A program made the position numbers and the translations under genes. Below, piece after piece: positions 1 to 9,720 of a stretch of DNA of 64,000 nt; position 1 is the stretch's first letter; each line of letters starts with the position of its first letter. This DNA is from Nitrospirota bacterium (GTDB lineage: Bacteria; Nitrospirota; Thermodesulfovibrionia; Thermodesulfovibrionales; SM23-35): positions 5,889-69,888 of the forward strand of contig JBFMDQ010000004.1 of the NCBI GenBank assembly GCA_040753955.1, in the 5' to 3' direction. The notes beneath the pieces are model-generated. The model did no database searches, was not told where the DNA came from, and saw only the letters and a list, made by a program, of their open reading frames with translations.

Positions 1-201
1 CCTTCCCTTAAGCCCCGTCTCTTCTGCGACCTCCCTTATTGCAGCCTTTTCAGGGCTCTCACCTTTATCAATAAGGCCCTTGGGAAGGCACCATACCTTA
101 CCACCCTTAACAGCAACAAGGGCAATCTCTATTGAGGCATTATTTTTTCTAAATATAACCCCACCTGATGAAACCTGCCTTTTTATGGTCCCCGGCCTCA
201 T
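1..201 (-). CDS. Nudix hydrolase (partial; C-terminal part lies beyond the window start)
   Basis: Not in ORF track because it runs off the edge. Reverse-strand translation from ATG 201-199 gives MRPGTIKRQVSSGGVIFRKNNASIEIALVAVKGGKVWCLPKGLIDKGESPEKAAIREVAEETGLKG. It contains the Nudix box Gx5Ex7REVxEETG. ATGA start/stop overlap with the rseP stop (198-200). Confidence 0.75.
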   Translation of the reverse strand, partial: MRPGTIKRQVSSGGVIFRKNNASIEIALVAVKGGKVWCLPKGLIDKGESPEKAAIREVAEETGLKGR

Positions 202-1268
202 GGGATTGGCTTACCCGTAATGACTCTTATTATATCATTGTAAAGGGCGAAGGCCATTATGAAAAGGATTATTGCAAGTCCGACCCTCTGGGCAACGGAT
301 ATGAGCTTCTCGTTGAGTGGCTTTCTTCTGATCGCCTCAATCCCCAGGAACAATATGTGCCCTCCGTCAAGGATCGGGATAGGGAGCAGGTTCAGTATCC
401 CGAGGTTGATATTTATAACAGCCATAAATATGAAGAAATTTAAGATTCCCAGAGACGCCTGCTCCCCTGCCATCTGGATAATAAGTATGGGACCTCCAAT
501 TGTCTCCATGGGTATTACCCTCTGAATGAGCTTCGCAACAGCGACTAAGGTCAGGACAGATATCTCCCACGTCTTTCTGACTGAATTGGCTATAGCCTCT
601 GTAAGGTCACTCTTCCTTACGAAGGTATCTCCCGAGGGCTTTATTCCTATAAGTCCAACCTCTTTCTCCTGGCCAAAGATGTCTTTAACCCTTTTTCTCT
701 CTGGAATAATTGATATATTGACAACCTCGGTCTTCCTTTTAACCTTCAAATTGAGGCTCCTGCCAGGACTATTGTGTATGATCTTTGTCATCTCGTCCCA
801 CTGGGTTATTTGAGAATCATTAATAGAGATAATGGTATCTCCCCTCATAAGCACAGCCCTTTCTGCAGGTGACAGGGGTAGCACACCTCCGACCTCGGGA
901 AGCAATACAGGAATGCCGTATAAAAAGACAAAGACGAAGATAACCGTAGCAAATAACAAATTAAAGAGTGGCCCTGAAGATACTATTATAAACCTCTTCC
1001 ATACAGGCTGGTAGCTATAGGCAAGTACCTTCTCTCCTTCCATTAGTTCCTCTCCCCTGCTCTCGCCGAGCATCTTTACGTAACCACCAAAGGGGATTGA
1101 AGATATGAGGTATTCAGTATCACCATATTTTCTTCCCACAAGTTTTGGACCAAAACCGAGTGAGAATTTTAGGACCCCCACACCCATCAGCTTTGCAGAG
1201 AGGAAGTGCCCAATTTCGTGTATAAATATAATTGCACCGAGAAGGATTATTGCTAATAGAAATGCCAC
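198..1268 (-). CDS. rseP: RIP metalloprotease RseP (site-2 protease, PDZ domain)
   Basis: HEIGHF zinc motif near the N-terminus, central PDZ-like segment, NLLPIPILDGGH motif, multiple TM segments. Conserved context dxr-cdsA-uppS upstream. Confidence 0.9.
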   Translation of the reverse strand: MAFLLAIILLGAIIFIHEIGHFLSAKLMGVGVLKFSLGFGPKLVGRKYGDTEYLISSIPFGGYVKMLGESRGEELMEGEKVLAYSYQPVWKRFIIVSSGPLFNLLFATVIFVFVFLYGIPVLLPEVGGVLPLSPAERAVLMRGDTIISINDSQITQWDEMTKIIHNSPGRSLNLKVKRKTEVVNISIIPERKRVKDIFGQEKEVGLIGIKPSGDTFVRKSDLTEAIANSVRKTWEISVLTLVAVAKLIQRVIPMETIGGPILIIQMAGEQASLGILNFFIFMAVININLGILNLLPIPILDGGHILFLGIEAIRRKPLNEKLISVAQRVGLAIILFIMAFALYNDIIRVITGKPIP

Positions 1269-1270
1269 CT

Positions 1271-2431
1271 TTATATCTGCCTAATAACCGCTTCTGCCGT
1301 TTTCCTTGCCCACCTGTCGGCCTCTATTACTGCATCGAGTTCCGTATCAGGCATCACAACATGCCTTTCCATCGTTACTCTGATTATAAGGGGTATCTCG
1401 ATGAACCTTATTATGCCTTTCAGGAATGCATCCACTGCAACCTCATTAGCTGCATTAAGTACAGAAGGCATTGTGCCTTTAGCCTCCATAGCCATGTATG
1501 CATAAGAGAGGCATGGGAAGCATTCGTTGTCCGGTTTTTTAAAAATAAGAGATTCGATCCTGTCGAGGTCAAGACCCTGCATCACATCCTCAAGCCTTTC
1601 CGGGTAAGAGAGGGCATAAGCTATCGGCCCTTTCATATCAGGTATCGAAAGTTGCGCAATACAGCTTCTGTCATTAAACTCGACTATGGAATGAACAATG
1701 CTTTGTGGGTGGATGAGCACTTCTATCCTTTCGGGCTGAAGGCCAAATAGATAGTGCGCCTCTATCATCTCGAACCCTTTGTTCATGAGCGTTGCAGAGT
1801 CTATAGTTATCTTCTTTCCCATGCGCCAACTCGGATGTTTGAGTGCATCCTCTGGCTTAATATCATCAAGTTCTAAAATTCCCTTGCCTGCAAAAGGTCC
1901 GCCTGAGGCCGTGAGCATAATCCTTCTCACATCTTCTCTCCTATATCCTTCGATACATTGGAATATCGCGCTATGTTCGCTGTCCACAGGAAGGATTCTC
2001 ACCCCATATTTCTTTGCCTCTTCGGTCACAATCCTTCCTGCCATCACAAGGGCTTCCTTGTTTGCAAGTCCAATCGTCTTTCCGGAGCGTATGGCTGATA
2101 TTGTTGGGATCAGTCCAGCAGCTCCGACAATTGCGGAAAGGACAAAGTCTGAGTCTTCGTAGCTTGCGGCCTCAGCAACACCATCATGGCCTGATAGTAT
2201 CTTTAGGGAAGGGGCATGTCTTCCCATCCTCCTCTGCAATTCACTGGCAGCTGCCTCATCAGCAACGGCAACAACTTTGGGAGAAAAGGATTTTATTTGT
2301 TCTTCAAGGAGGTCGATGTTTCTCCCTGCCGTCAGTACAACAACCCTGAACCGATCTCTGTGGCTTGAAACAATATCAAGGGCATTTCTCCCCACCGAGC
2401 CTGTTGAACCGAGAATTGTTATGCACTTCAT
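1271..2431 (-). CDS. dxr: 1-deoxy-D-xylulose-5-phosphate reductoisomerase
   Basis: ILGSTGSVG NADPH-binding N-terminus, full-length 386 aa, typical uppS-cdsA-dxr-rseP synteny. Confidence 0.95.
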   Translation of the reverse strand: MKCITILGSTGSVGRNALDIVSSHRDRFRVVVLTAGRNIDLLEEQIKSFSPKVVAVADEAAASELQRRMGRHAPSLKILSGHDGVAEAASYEDSDFVLSAIVGAAGLIPTISAIRSGKTIGLANKEALVMAGRIVTEEAKKYGVRILPVDSEHSAIFQCIEGYRREDVRRIMLTASGGPFAGKGILELDDIKPEDALKHPSWRMGKKITIDSATLMNKGFEMIEAHYLFGLQPERIEVLIHPQSIVHSIVEFNDRSCIAQLSIPDMKGPIAYALSYPERLEDVMQGLDLDRIESLIFKKPDNECFPCLSYAYMAMEAKGTMPSVLNAANEVAVDAFLKGIIRFIEIPLIIRVTMERHVVMPDTELDAVIEADRWARKTAEAVIRQI

Positions 2432-2438
2432 GAACCTA

Positions 2439-3257
2439 CTATTTTATTATTCCCAAGGCTGTTAAAATCCAGAAAAGAATTGGTCCTGCAAAAAGTACCC
2501 CGTCAATCTTGTCTAATATACCTCCGTGCCCCGGGATTATAGTGCCTGAATCCTTGACGCCAGCGTCACGCTTAAACATGGATTCCACAAGATCGCCGAG
2601 GACGGAGATGATTCCAATTATTATACCAATTAAAAGTGCAGAGGGCACAGATAGAACAGGTATAAGGGTAGCTTTCATAATCATCGCAGCGATAACACCA
2701 CCAACGAGAGAACCTGCTGCGCCTGCTACGGTCTTATTGGGGCTTACCTCCACATAGAGTTTTCTCTTTCCCATCAATGTGCCAAGATAGTAAGCCACGC
2801 TGTCTGCTGCCCATACTGTCGCATAAAGGAGTATTATCCACTCAGGTCCGATCTCTCTGATCTGCGCCTGAAATGTGAGTAGGCACGGGATGTAGAACAA
2901 CCCAAAGACAGGGAGAGAGATTTCAGAAAGGGAGGACACGGGATTCCTCTTGAAAAAAAGCCTTATACCTGCTATCGCGATTACAGAAAAAATAATGATA
3001 TCGAGCAGGAGATCTTTCGAAATGTAAGATATACTGAGGATTGAGATTCCAGAGAACAGACCTGCATATCTTAAAATTCCTTCTATGCGATACATGGAAT
3101 AAAATTCTGACATGGCAATGATGGACATGAATATAAGAAAAAAGAGAAAATATATCGCAGGGAGATACATGATATAGAGATAAAGAGCAGGCAGAAGGAC
3201 TGCTGCAACAGCTATCCTCTTAAGGGCGTTGATATTATCTACGCCCTTAAGGTGCAT
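2439..3257 (-). CDS. cdsA: phosphatidate cytidylyltransferase
   Basis: C-terminal CDS signature SMFKRDAGVKDSGTIIPGHGGILDKID and a polytopic membrane profile. Start trimmed to ATG 3257 (MHLKG..) because the ORF-track start at 3383 lies inside uppS. Confidence 0.88.
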   Translation of the reverse strand: MHLKGVDNINALKRIAVAAVLLPALYLYIMYLPAIYFLFFLIFMSIIAMSEFYSMYRIEGILRYAGLFSGISILSISYISKDLLLDIIIFSVIAIAGIRLFFKRNPVSSLSEISLPVFGLFYIPCLLTFQAQIREIGPEWIILLYATVWAADSVAYYLGTLMGKRKLYVEVSPNKTVAGAAGSLVGGVIAAMIMKATLIPVLSVPSALLIGIIIGIISVLGDLVESMFKRDAGVKDSGTIIPGHGGILDKIDGVLFAGPILFWILTALGIIK

Positions 3258-3966
3258 CTCTCCTCGTAGAGATGACTCCGAACCTCCTCTCTCTCTGCTG
3301 ATAATCCTGTATTGCGAGAAAGAACTCTTCCTTTGTAAAATCTGGCCAGAGCGTATCCGTAAAATATAGTTCTGAATACGCACCCTGCCAGAGCAGAAAA
3401 TTACTTATGCGCATCTCTCCGCTGGTCCTTATAATAAGGTCCGGGGCAAGCAGGCCAGCAGTATCAAGGTAAGAGCCGAAAGACTCTTCAGTCAGTTCTT
3501 CAGGCCTGATACCTGAATAGAGAACCTTCTTTGCGGCCCTGAGGATCTCATTCCTTCCGCTATAACTTAATGCAGCAACAAGGGCCATGCCCTTGTTAGA
3601 AGCGGTCTTTTCCTCTACCTCCCTTATGAGGACCTGTATTTCTCCAGGCAGCCTCCGTATATCTCCAATCGTTTTGAAGACAATATCTTTTGCCATCAAC
3701 TCAGGTAGTTCTTTTTTCAGATATAATTCGAGAAGCCTCATCAAGGTCTTGACCTCTGATGTTGGTCTCTGCCAGTTCTCTAAAGAAAAGGCATAAAGGG
3801 TTAATGCCTTTACCCCGAGTTCCGCTGCTGCCTCGAGTATCTCACTCACGCGTTCAGCCCCTCGTCTGTGCCCCTCTATCCTCGGAAGGCCGCGCAGCTC
3901 AGCCCACCTTCCATTTCCGTCCATAATAATTCCTACATGTCTCGGTATACGTCCGGTTAATAGCAA
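3247..3966 (-). CDS. uppS: undecaprenyl-diphosphate synthase (cis-prenyltransferase)
   Basis: HVGIIMDGNGRWA and RTSGEMRISNFLLWQ motifs. Confidence 0.95.
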   Translation of the reverse strand: MLLTGRIPRHVGIIMDGNGRWAELRGLPRIEGHRRGAERVSEILEAAAELGVKALTLYAFSLENWQRPTSEVKTLMRLLELYLKKELPELMAKDIVFKTIGDIRRLPGEIQVLIREVEEKTASNKGMALVAALSYSGRNEILRAAKKVLYSGIRPEELTEESFGSYLDTAGLLAPDLIIRTSGEMRISNFLLWQGAYSELYFTDTLWPDFTKEEFFLAIQDYQQRERRFGVISTRRDAP

Positions 3967-3977
3967 TTCTCTCTCCT

Positions 3978-5777
3978 CTACCCCCTTTTAACCGAATAGA
4001 TGTAAAGTATTGATCCCAGTGGATTTTCTCCCTTCAGTATGTTTTCAGGCTTGATGCCAAACATGGGGCTTACCAGAACCATGACCTTGTCACCAATGAC
4101 TGCATAATCAAGGACAGAACCTTTTATGTCATCTATCATAACGCCTTCCTCCATAGAAAGCCCATCCCACCATAAGTTTTTAATCTGGGACCTTTTATAA
4201 CCAAGTCCCCTTGCCATCTCTAAAAAAGGAATCCTCTTGACTAAAAGAACCTCCCTGTTTCTAAGGAACAACCTATCTTTAATCGCCCATTCACCTCTGT
4301 CAATGAGTATCGAGGGAGATGACTTTTTGAAGGTTGTGAGAAAGCCCCCTGTGTCAGTTTTGCTCCTCCATAACCTTATATCTTTGTCATATAGATTAAG
4401 AAATCCTTTGTCATCGTAAGCAAGGATCAGTCTACCTGTTCGAGAGTCATCGACAAATATGAAATCATATATGTTAATCCCTTCTGGGAGTCCTATTGAG
4501 CTTCCCCTTTTATATTCTCCTTCCCATAATATACTGAATACATCACCCGTAAACCCTTCATCTTTCGAATAATCCTGGGCTATAAGTTCCTTTTCTATTC
4601 TCCGCAGAAAGACATTGTCTTTGTATAAAAGAACAAATTCCGTACCCCTCAGCTCATAGATGTAGGATACAATACCACCACTTCTAACTGAGGAGAGGGT
4701 GACCTCATCCCTCCCGTTTCTGTAAACGTCTTCTGTCTCAGCTTTTCTTCTCATTGAGGTGACGATGATCTCATCCCTTCCGTTTTCGTTAAGGTCTATT
4801 GTTTCAATCCAGAGGTGGTCGTCAAGGTTAGAGCCCTTTATATGGATTCCGCCCAGGGCAGGCTGTAGGTCCGCACCAGGCGTATAAATCCTGACATCCT
4901 TTCCTGTGCTGAGCAGAATCTCCTGGTTTCCATCTCCATCGATGTCACCTACTGTTAAAAGCCTTACGCCGAAGGGCAGGTCTACCTGTAGCCATGCCTC
5001 TTCCTTACGGAGTGTGAAGAACTCCTCACCGAACCTCATCTCCTTTGCATAGGCGGCATCGATCTTTGTATCCATCTCAGCAAACCCGAGGCCGTCAGAG
5101 ACCCAGAAAAGTCTCTGTGTGAGAAGCATGCCTGAGTCGACTATCCTGGATGTCAGGAGGAGTGCAACTTCTGCATTAAGCCTCTTCGCTTCCTTGATAA
5201 CCCCTTGTGGGTCATCCGTCTCAATGCCTGTTTCAATAAGATTAAATCTTCCTGTCTCCTTCAGAACTCTGTAATATGAGTCAGCTATATACCAGTCAAT
5301 ATCTCCTGACTGGCAGAAGAGCATACTGACTTGTGTCTCCGATATCCTGACCTTATCGCCTTCCTTTGCTTCTCCCGTAATTATGATGCCCATTGATGAG
5401 TCAATGCCGGCTTCTTTTATCTCGAGCCTGCCCACAGGAAACTCTAATTTTCCCAATGCCTTTTTTGTGACAGGGTGTATGAATGTAGCTCCTTCTCTCA
5501 GTATTGTAAATCTCATGCCAGTCTTCACAGAGTCTCCTGTCCCTAAATTAACTAAGCCCCTCTGACCCTCGACCTTTATGACTCTGCCTGTCATGGGTTT
5601 AAAATAGGAAACTGTTTCATCTCTCATTCCGTTAAGTAAATTACCATCAGCGTTAGCAGCGACAGGAAAGCATAGGGCATAGAGCACAGGGCATAGAGCT
5701 ATTAGCAATGCATACGTTAAACGGTTAAGGCAATAAAGTCCGTTTCGGTTACCCTTATCCTTTTCTCTACGAGTCAT
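3978..5777 (-). CDS. secreted/lipid-anchored FG-GAP (VCBS-like) repeat protein, function unknown
   Basis: N-terminal hydrophobic signal (LLIALCPVLYALCFPVAANA). Calcium-binding FG-GAP-like motifs DIDGDGNQEILL and DLNENGRDEIIV. Overlaps the GH57 stop by 11 nt, suggesting co-transcription. Confidence 0.5.
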   Translation of the reverse strand: MTRREKDKGNRNGLYCLNRLTYALLIALCPVLYALCFPVAANADGNLLNGMRDETVSYFKPMTGRVIKVEGQRGLVNLGTGDSVKTGMRFTILREGATFIHPVTKKALGKLEFPVGRLEIKEAGIDSSMGIIITGEAKEGDKVRISETQVSMLFCQSGDIDWYIADSYYRVLKETGRFNLIETGIETDDPQGVIKEAKRLNAEVALLLTSRIVDSGMLLTQRLFWVSDGLGFAEMDTKIDAAYAKEMRFGEEFFTLRKEEAWLQVDLPFGVRLLTVGDIDGDGNQEILLSTGKDVRIYTPGADLQPALGGIHIKGSNLDDHLWIETIDLNENGRDEIIVTSMRRKAETEDVYRNGRDEVTLSSVRSGGIVSYIYELRGTEFVLLYKDNVFLRRIEKELIAQDYSKDEGFTGDVFSILWEGEYKRGSSIGLPEGINIYDFIFVDDSRTGRLILAYDDKGFLNLYDKDIRLWRSKTDTGGFLTTFKKSSPSILIDRGEWAIKDRLFLRNREVLLVKRIPFLEMARGLGYKRSQIKNLWWDGLSMEEGVMIDDIKGSVLDYAVIGDKVMVLVSPMFGIKPENILKGENPLGSILYIYSVKRG

Positions 5778-7902
5778 ATATAAATTTTATATTAAACCCT
5801 AACCTTCTCTCATCACCAAAATCAAGCTTTTTCACGAATAGAAATGCTGTGCCCTGATAGATTCTCTCCACACCCTGCTCTGAAAGGGATATGGTCTCTA
5901 CAGGATAGTGCCAGAGATCTATCTCTTCATCAAAATTATAACCAATGCTGAGGTTCAAAGACTCATCCTTCAGATAAAACTCCTTAACATCACCATGGGT
6001 TCCCTTGTTCCTTATAGGGAGATTTTTATCACCCACAAGGATGGAAGAATAGGGAGAGCCGAAAAAGGAGATGTTAAACTCTACAGCAAAAAGTCCGGAA
6101 AATACACCATCAATTTTGTAACCTACCCTCAGTTCCAGAGGCATAGTTAATCTCAATGTCTTCAGAAGTTTTAAAGGATTGCCATTCACGATACCCTTTC
6201 TAAAAAGGTCCACGGTAACAGTATCTCCCTCTTTAATGTAATTCAATGAATAGATACCTTCAATGAAGTCACCCTGTTCCTCATACCTGGAATGCATCAG
6301 ATCGTCAACATTTGTGCCGTCCCTCAGAAAATGGTCAAGGAGTGATGCCCGCCTGTAATTGTCATAGACCATATAATCGATGATGTCTACTTCTTTTACA
6401 ATGAACTGTTCATGAATAGTCCTCGTCTCACCTGTATTAGAAACTGATGCCTGCGCGATCCTTGAATGGTAGGCCTCGGGCCTCCTCGCAATGATGTCAA
6501 GTATATTAATAGCCTTTTCCTTCAGAGATAGTTCTCTAAGGCTACCCCCCTGTTCTGTTAGCGAAAGTGAGATATCCCCCTCGCTAATATAAATATCTTC
6601 AAAACCATCACAATCATAGTCAGACCTTTCTACAGTTAATTTCTCACTAAGTACGCCTTCAGCTATGCCCTCTGCCCTCAGGAGATGCCTGTAAAGGGAT
6701 GACCTCAGGTGAGGCAGATAAAGTCCGCCAAAGATGCCGTGCCAGTAGGCATCATTACATTGGCCCTTCCAGAGCTCATGCAATAACCCCCCTATTTCCC
6801 CCCTTAGTAAGGGGGGAAATGAAGGGGGGTGAACGTTTAACTTTGAACTTTCAACTTTTAACTTTTTTATTGCTCTATGTACTTTTTTACTTATCATTAA
6901 CATGCGTTTCTGGATGTGGTTTGACTCAGGATATTTTGCGAAAAAGGAACGCCATATCCCACCTCTCAGGAGGCTCTTTGCCTTGTCCCCTATCAATCTT
7001 TGCATCTCCCTCAATGCATATTCATAATCGAGTGCCCTTTCAGGAGGAAGCACCCACTCACCCATTTCCCTGTATGATGCTGTGGGAAGATAAACCCTCC
7101 CTACAGGCCGAAACCGAGAATGATAGTCGCTGAATGTTGTCGTCTCTATCCAGTCAGAATTTTCTTCAATGGCATTAAAGAATCTTTCAAGCCAGCCATC
7201 TTCATAGCAGTGCTTGTAGGTTCCAGGCCATACACCAAACTTTTCTCCATCATCTGCCATTGTAAGCAATGGTTTGCCACCCCTCATGTGTATCTCTCCG
7301 GAGTATGAGAGAATTTCATCAATATTCCTGAAAGGTATATAATATCTCAGTTTCTCGCTACCTGGAAATACGCTGAGCTTACAGCCTTCTTCTTCTGTGA
7401 TGTAATAGCCTAAAAGGTCTTCCTCTTCAAGACCTGAAAGCTTGAAATGATAATCATCAACCGGCACATACTCGATGCCAGCTGTCGAGATATATTTTGG
7501 CATCTGTGGTTCCCATACCCTCTCTGCCAGCCACATGCCCTTTGGTGAATAGCCGAGGAGCTTTTTGATATACCCGGAGAGTTCCTTTATCTGAGATACC
7601 CTGTCCTTTTCCGGAATCGCGGAGAGTATTGGCTCGTAAAAACCTCCCGAGAGTATCTCGACCCTTTTCGCCGAGACGAGAGAATGGATCATTTCAAGGG
7701 CTTCGGGATGGCGTTTTTCAAACCATGAGAGGAGATTACCCGAATAATGAAGCACAACCTTTAATGAGGGATGAAGGTTGAGGACTTCGAGAAAAGGCAG
7801 ATAAGCCTTTCTATAAGATTCCTCAAATATATGTTCGAAATTTCCTACAGGTTGATGATTATGGATTGCAAGGATTAAATAGAGCTTTGAATTATTTACC
7901 AG
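5767..7902 (-). CDS. glycoside hydrolase family 57 (alpha-glucan processing enzyme); probable CTG start
   Basis: GH57 hallmarks: HNHQPVGNF (encoded upstream of the ORF-track start), WLAERVWEP, CNDAYWHGIFGGLYLPHLR. The frame is open from the TAA at 7923-7921, and the conserved N-terminus KLYLILAIHNHQP lies at 7890-7756. The only plausible start is CTG 7902-7900, 6 nt after GGAGGA (7914-7909). Confidence 0.8.
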   Translation of the reverse strand: MVNNSKLYLILAIHNHQPVGNFEHIFEESYRKAYLPFLEVLNLHPSLKVVLHYSGNLLSWFEKRHPEALEMIHSLVSAKRVEILSGGFYEPILSAIPEKDRVSQIKELSGYIKKLLGYSPKGMWLAERVWEPQMPKYISTAGIEYVPVDDYHFKLSGLEEEDLLGYYITEEEGCKLSVFPGSEKLRYYIPFRNIDEILSYSGEIHMRGGKPLLTMADDGEKFGVWPGTYKHCYEDGWLERFFNAIEENSDWIETTTFSDYHSRFRPVGRVYLPTASYREMGEWVLPPERALDYEYALREMQRLIGDKAKSLLRGGIWRSFFAKYPESNHIQKRMLMISKKVHRAIKKLKVESSKLNVHPPSFPPLLRGEIGGLLHELWKGQCNDAYWHGIFGGLYLPHLRSSLYRHLLRAEGIAEGVLSEKLTVERSDYDCDGFEDIYISEGDISLSLTEQGGSLRELSLKEKAINILDIIARRPEAYHSRIAQASVSNTGETRTIHEQFIVKEVDIIDYMVYDNYRRASLLDHFLRDGTNVDDLMHSRYEEQGDFIEGIYSLNYIKEGDTVTVDLFRKGIVNGNPLKLLKTLRLTMPLELRVGYKIDGVFSGLFAVEFNISFFGSPYSSILVGDKNLPIRNKGTHGDVKEFYLKDESLNLSIGYNFDEEIDLWHYPVETISLSEQGVERIYQGTAFLFVKKLDFGDERRLGFNIKFIYDS
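6787..6829. repeat. 43-bp nested polyC/polyG palindrome (copy in GH57)
   Basis: Structure C6-TATTT-C6-TTAGTAA-G6-AAATGAA-G6. It is followed at 6830-6880 by AACTTT-type short repeats. Translated on the - strand as KLKVESSKLNVHPPSFPPLLRGEIGG. Confidence 0.85.
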
Positions 7903-7908
7903 AGAGAA

Positions 7909-7914
7909 TCCTCC
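7909..7914 (-). promoter_or_regulatory. Shine-Dalgarno GGAGGA for the GH57 CTG start
   Basis: GGAGGA followed by a 6-nt spacer (TTCTCT) and CTG. No ATG/GTG/TTG occurs in frame between the upstream stop and codon 50. Confidence 0.55.
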
Positions 7915-8080
7915 AAAAGTTATTTATTTTTAATTTAATTATAACACAGTTCATTTTTAACGGAAGACAAGCTTAAGATTGATGAAAAAAAATTTGAATT
8001 GTAATGATATAATAAGTCACTTTAAAGAATGGGTAACACTTTTATGGGTTAACCCTTAAGTTGAGAGATCGGGAATAGAA

Positions 8081-8959
8081 ATGAAAGGTATAATCTTGGC
8101 TGGAGGCTCGGGGACAAGATTACACCCTGCTACCCAGGTTGTGAACAAACATCTTCTACCTATATATAACAAGCCCATGATTTATTACCCCCTTTCTACC
8201 CTTATGCTTATGGATGTGATAGATGTCCTCATTATCTGTAATAAAGAAGATTTAGAAGTTTATAGAAAACTCTTCTGGGACGGTTCCAAAATGGGAATTA
8301 ATATATCTTACAGGATTCAGGAAAAGCCGAGAGGTCTTGCAGAAGGATTATTACTTGCTGAAGATTTTGTGGAAGATGATGATGTGTGCATGATCCTCGG
8401 AGACAATATATTCTTTGGTCACGGGTTACCCGATCTCTTATTGGAGACACGAAGAGATCTTGAGAAAAATGGGGGAGCCATAATATTCGCCTACTGGGTC
8501 CATAATCCGAGAAAGTATGGTGTTGTTGAGTTTGATGAAAAAAGGGGTGTTCTGTCCATTGAAGAGAAGCCTAAACACCCCAAGTCAAACTGGGCAGTGA
8601 CAGGACTTTACTTTTACAATAATAAAGCTGCTGAGATCGCAAAAAATATCAGGCCTTCTCATAGGGGAGAGCTCGAAATTACAAGTGTAAATGAAGAATA
8701 TCTAAAAAGGGGAGAATTGAAAGTAAAACTCCTGGGGAGAGGTTTTGCATGGTTTGATGCCGGCACTTACGACAGCTTTTTGGAGGCGAGCGATTTCATA
8801 GCGACTATCGAAAATAAAACGGGGCTTTTGATTGGTTGTATCGAAGAGATTGCTTATAGAAAGGGGTGGATGAACAAGGGTCAGCTAATAAAGCTCGCCC
8901 AGCCATTGAAAAAGACAGAATATGGGGGATATCTTCTTAAGATAGCAGAGGAGAAATAA
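8081..8959 (+). CDS. rfbA: glucose-1-phosphate thymidylyltransferase
   Basis: [17 protein letters not shown]-terminus, full-length RmlA-like 292 aa, first gene of the rml set. Confidence 0.95.
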   Translation: MKGIILAGGSGTRLHPATQVVNKHLLPIYNKPMIYYPLSTLMLMDVIDVLIICNKEDLEVYRKLFWDGSKMGINISYRIQEKPRGLAEGLLLAEDFVEDDDVCMILGDNIFFGHGLPDLLLETRRDLEKNGGAIIFAYWVHNPRKYGVVEFDEKRGVLSIEEKPKHPKSNWAVTGLYFYNNKAAEIAKNIRPSHRGELEITSVNEEYLKRGELKVKLLGRGFAWFDAGTYDSFLEASDFIATIENKTGLLIGCIEEIAYRKGWMNKGQLIKLAQPLKKTEYGGYLLKIAEEK

Positions 8960-9532
8960 ATGCCTTTTAAATTTTCCCGCCTGGAAATTCCCGATGTGAT
9001 ACTCATTGAGCCTCTTTCTTTTGAAGACGTGAGGGGTTTCTTTATGGAAATCTATAAGTATTCAGACTTTGCCAAAGCGGGCATAAAGGAATATTTCCTC
9101 CAGGATAATTATTCCAAATCAGCAAAGAATGTCCTAAGGGGTCTCCATTATCAGAAAGATCCCGGGGCACAGGGGAAATTGGTGCGATGCATAAAAGGTA
9201 GAATCTTTGATGTAGCCGTAGATATAAGGAAGGGTTCTCCGACCTATGGTCATTGGGTTGGTGTTGAAATGTCGGGAGATAACAACCTCATGCTTTATAT
9301 CCCCTATGCCTTTGCCCATGGTTTTGTTGTCTTAAGTGATTTTGCTGAGGTTATTTATAAATGCACTGAGGAATATCACCCTGAGAATGATAGGGGGATT
9401 ATCTGGAACGACCCTGATATTAGAATAAACTGGCCTGTTAAAAAGCCTATCCTTTCAGAAAAGGATAGTAAACATCCAATGTTAAAGGACGCTGATAATA
9501 ATTTTAAGTATGGTAACAGCTTAGCCATATAG
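8960..9532 (+). CDS. rfbC: dTDP-4-dehydrorhamnose 3,5-epimerase
   Basis: RmlC cupin motifs (RGLHYQ, GKLVRCIKGRIFDVAVDIR). Start abuts the rfbA stop. Confidence 0.95.
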   Translation: MPFKFSRLEIPDVILIEPLSFEDVRGFFMEIYKYSDFAKAGIKEYFLQDNYSKSAKNVLRGLHYQKDPGAQGKLVRCIKGRIFDVAVDIRKGSPTYGHWVGVEMSGDNNLMLYIPYAFAHGFVVLSDFAEVIYKCTEEYHPENDRGIIWNDPDIRINWPVKKPILSEKDSKHPMLKDADNNFKYGNSLAI

Positions 9533-9576
9533 AGTGAAAAGATTCATAGGTTTTCAGAACATCTTTTTACACAAGT

Positions 9577-9683
9577 GTCATTCCCGCTTGTCGGGAATCT
9601 TTCTTCTGTTGTTACGCTTTAAAGAAGGATTTCGGACAAGCCCCGTTAGAAAGTTTATTTCTAACGGGGTAAGCCGAAATGAC
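9577..9683. repeat. GTCATT...AATGAC-bounded palindromic element (rfbC-rfbD spacer)
   Basis: GTCATTCCCGCTTGTCGGGAAT ... CCGAAATGAC. Internal hairpin CCCCGTTAGAAAGTTTATTTCTAACGGGG (9641-9669). Confidence 0.7.
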
Positions 9684-9720
9684 AGAACCCCATGGGCTTA
9701 AAGGGTCTAAACTACAAATT

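Noticed and set aside
7915-8080. Divergent promoter between GH57 and rfbA (TTGAAT / TATAAT-like hexamers near 7995-8020).
   Set aside because: The spacing between candidate -35 and -10 hexamers is wrong (8 or 23 nt), and in an AT-rich spacer such matches are expected by chance.
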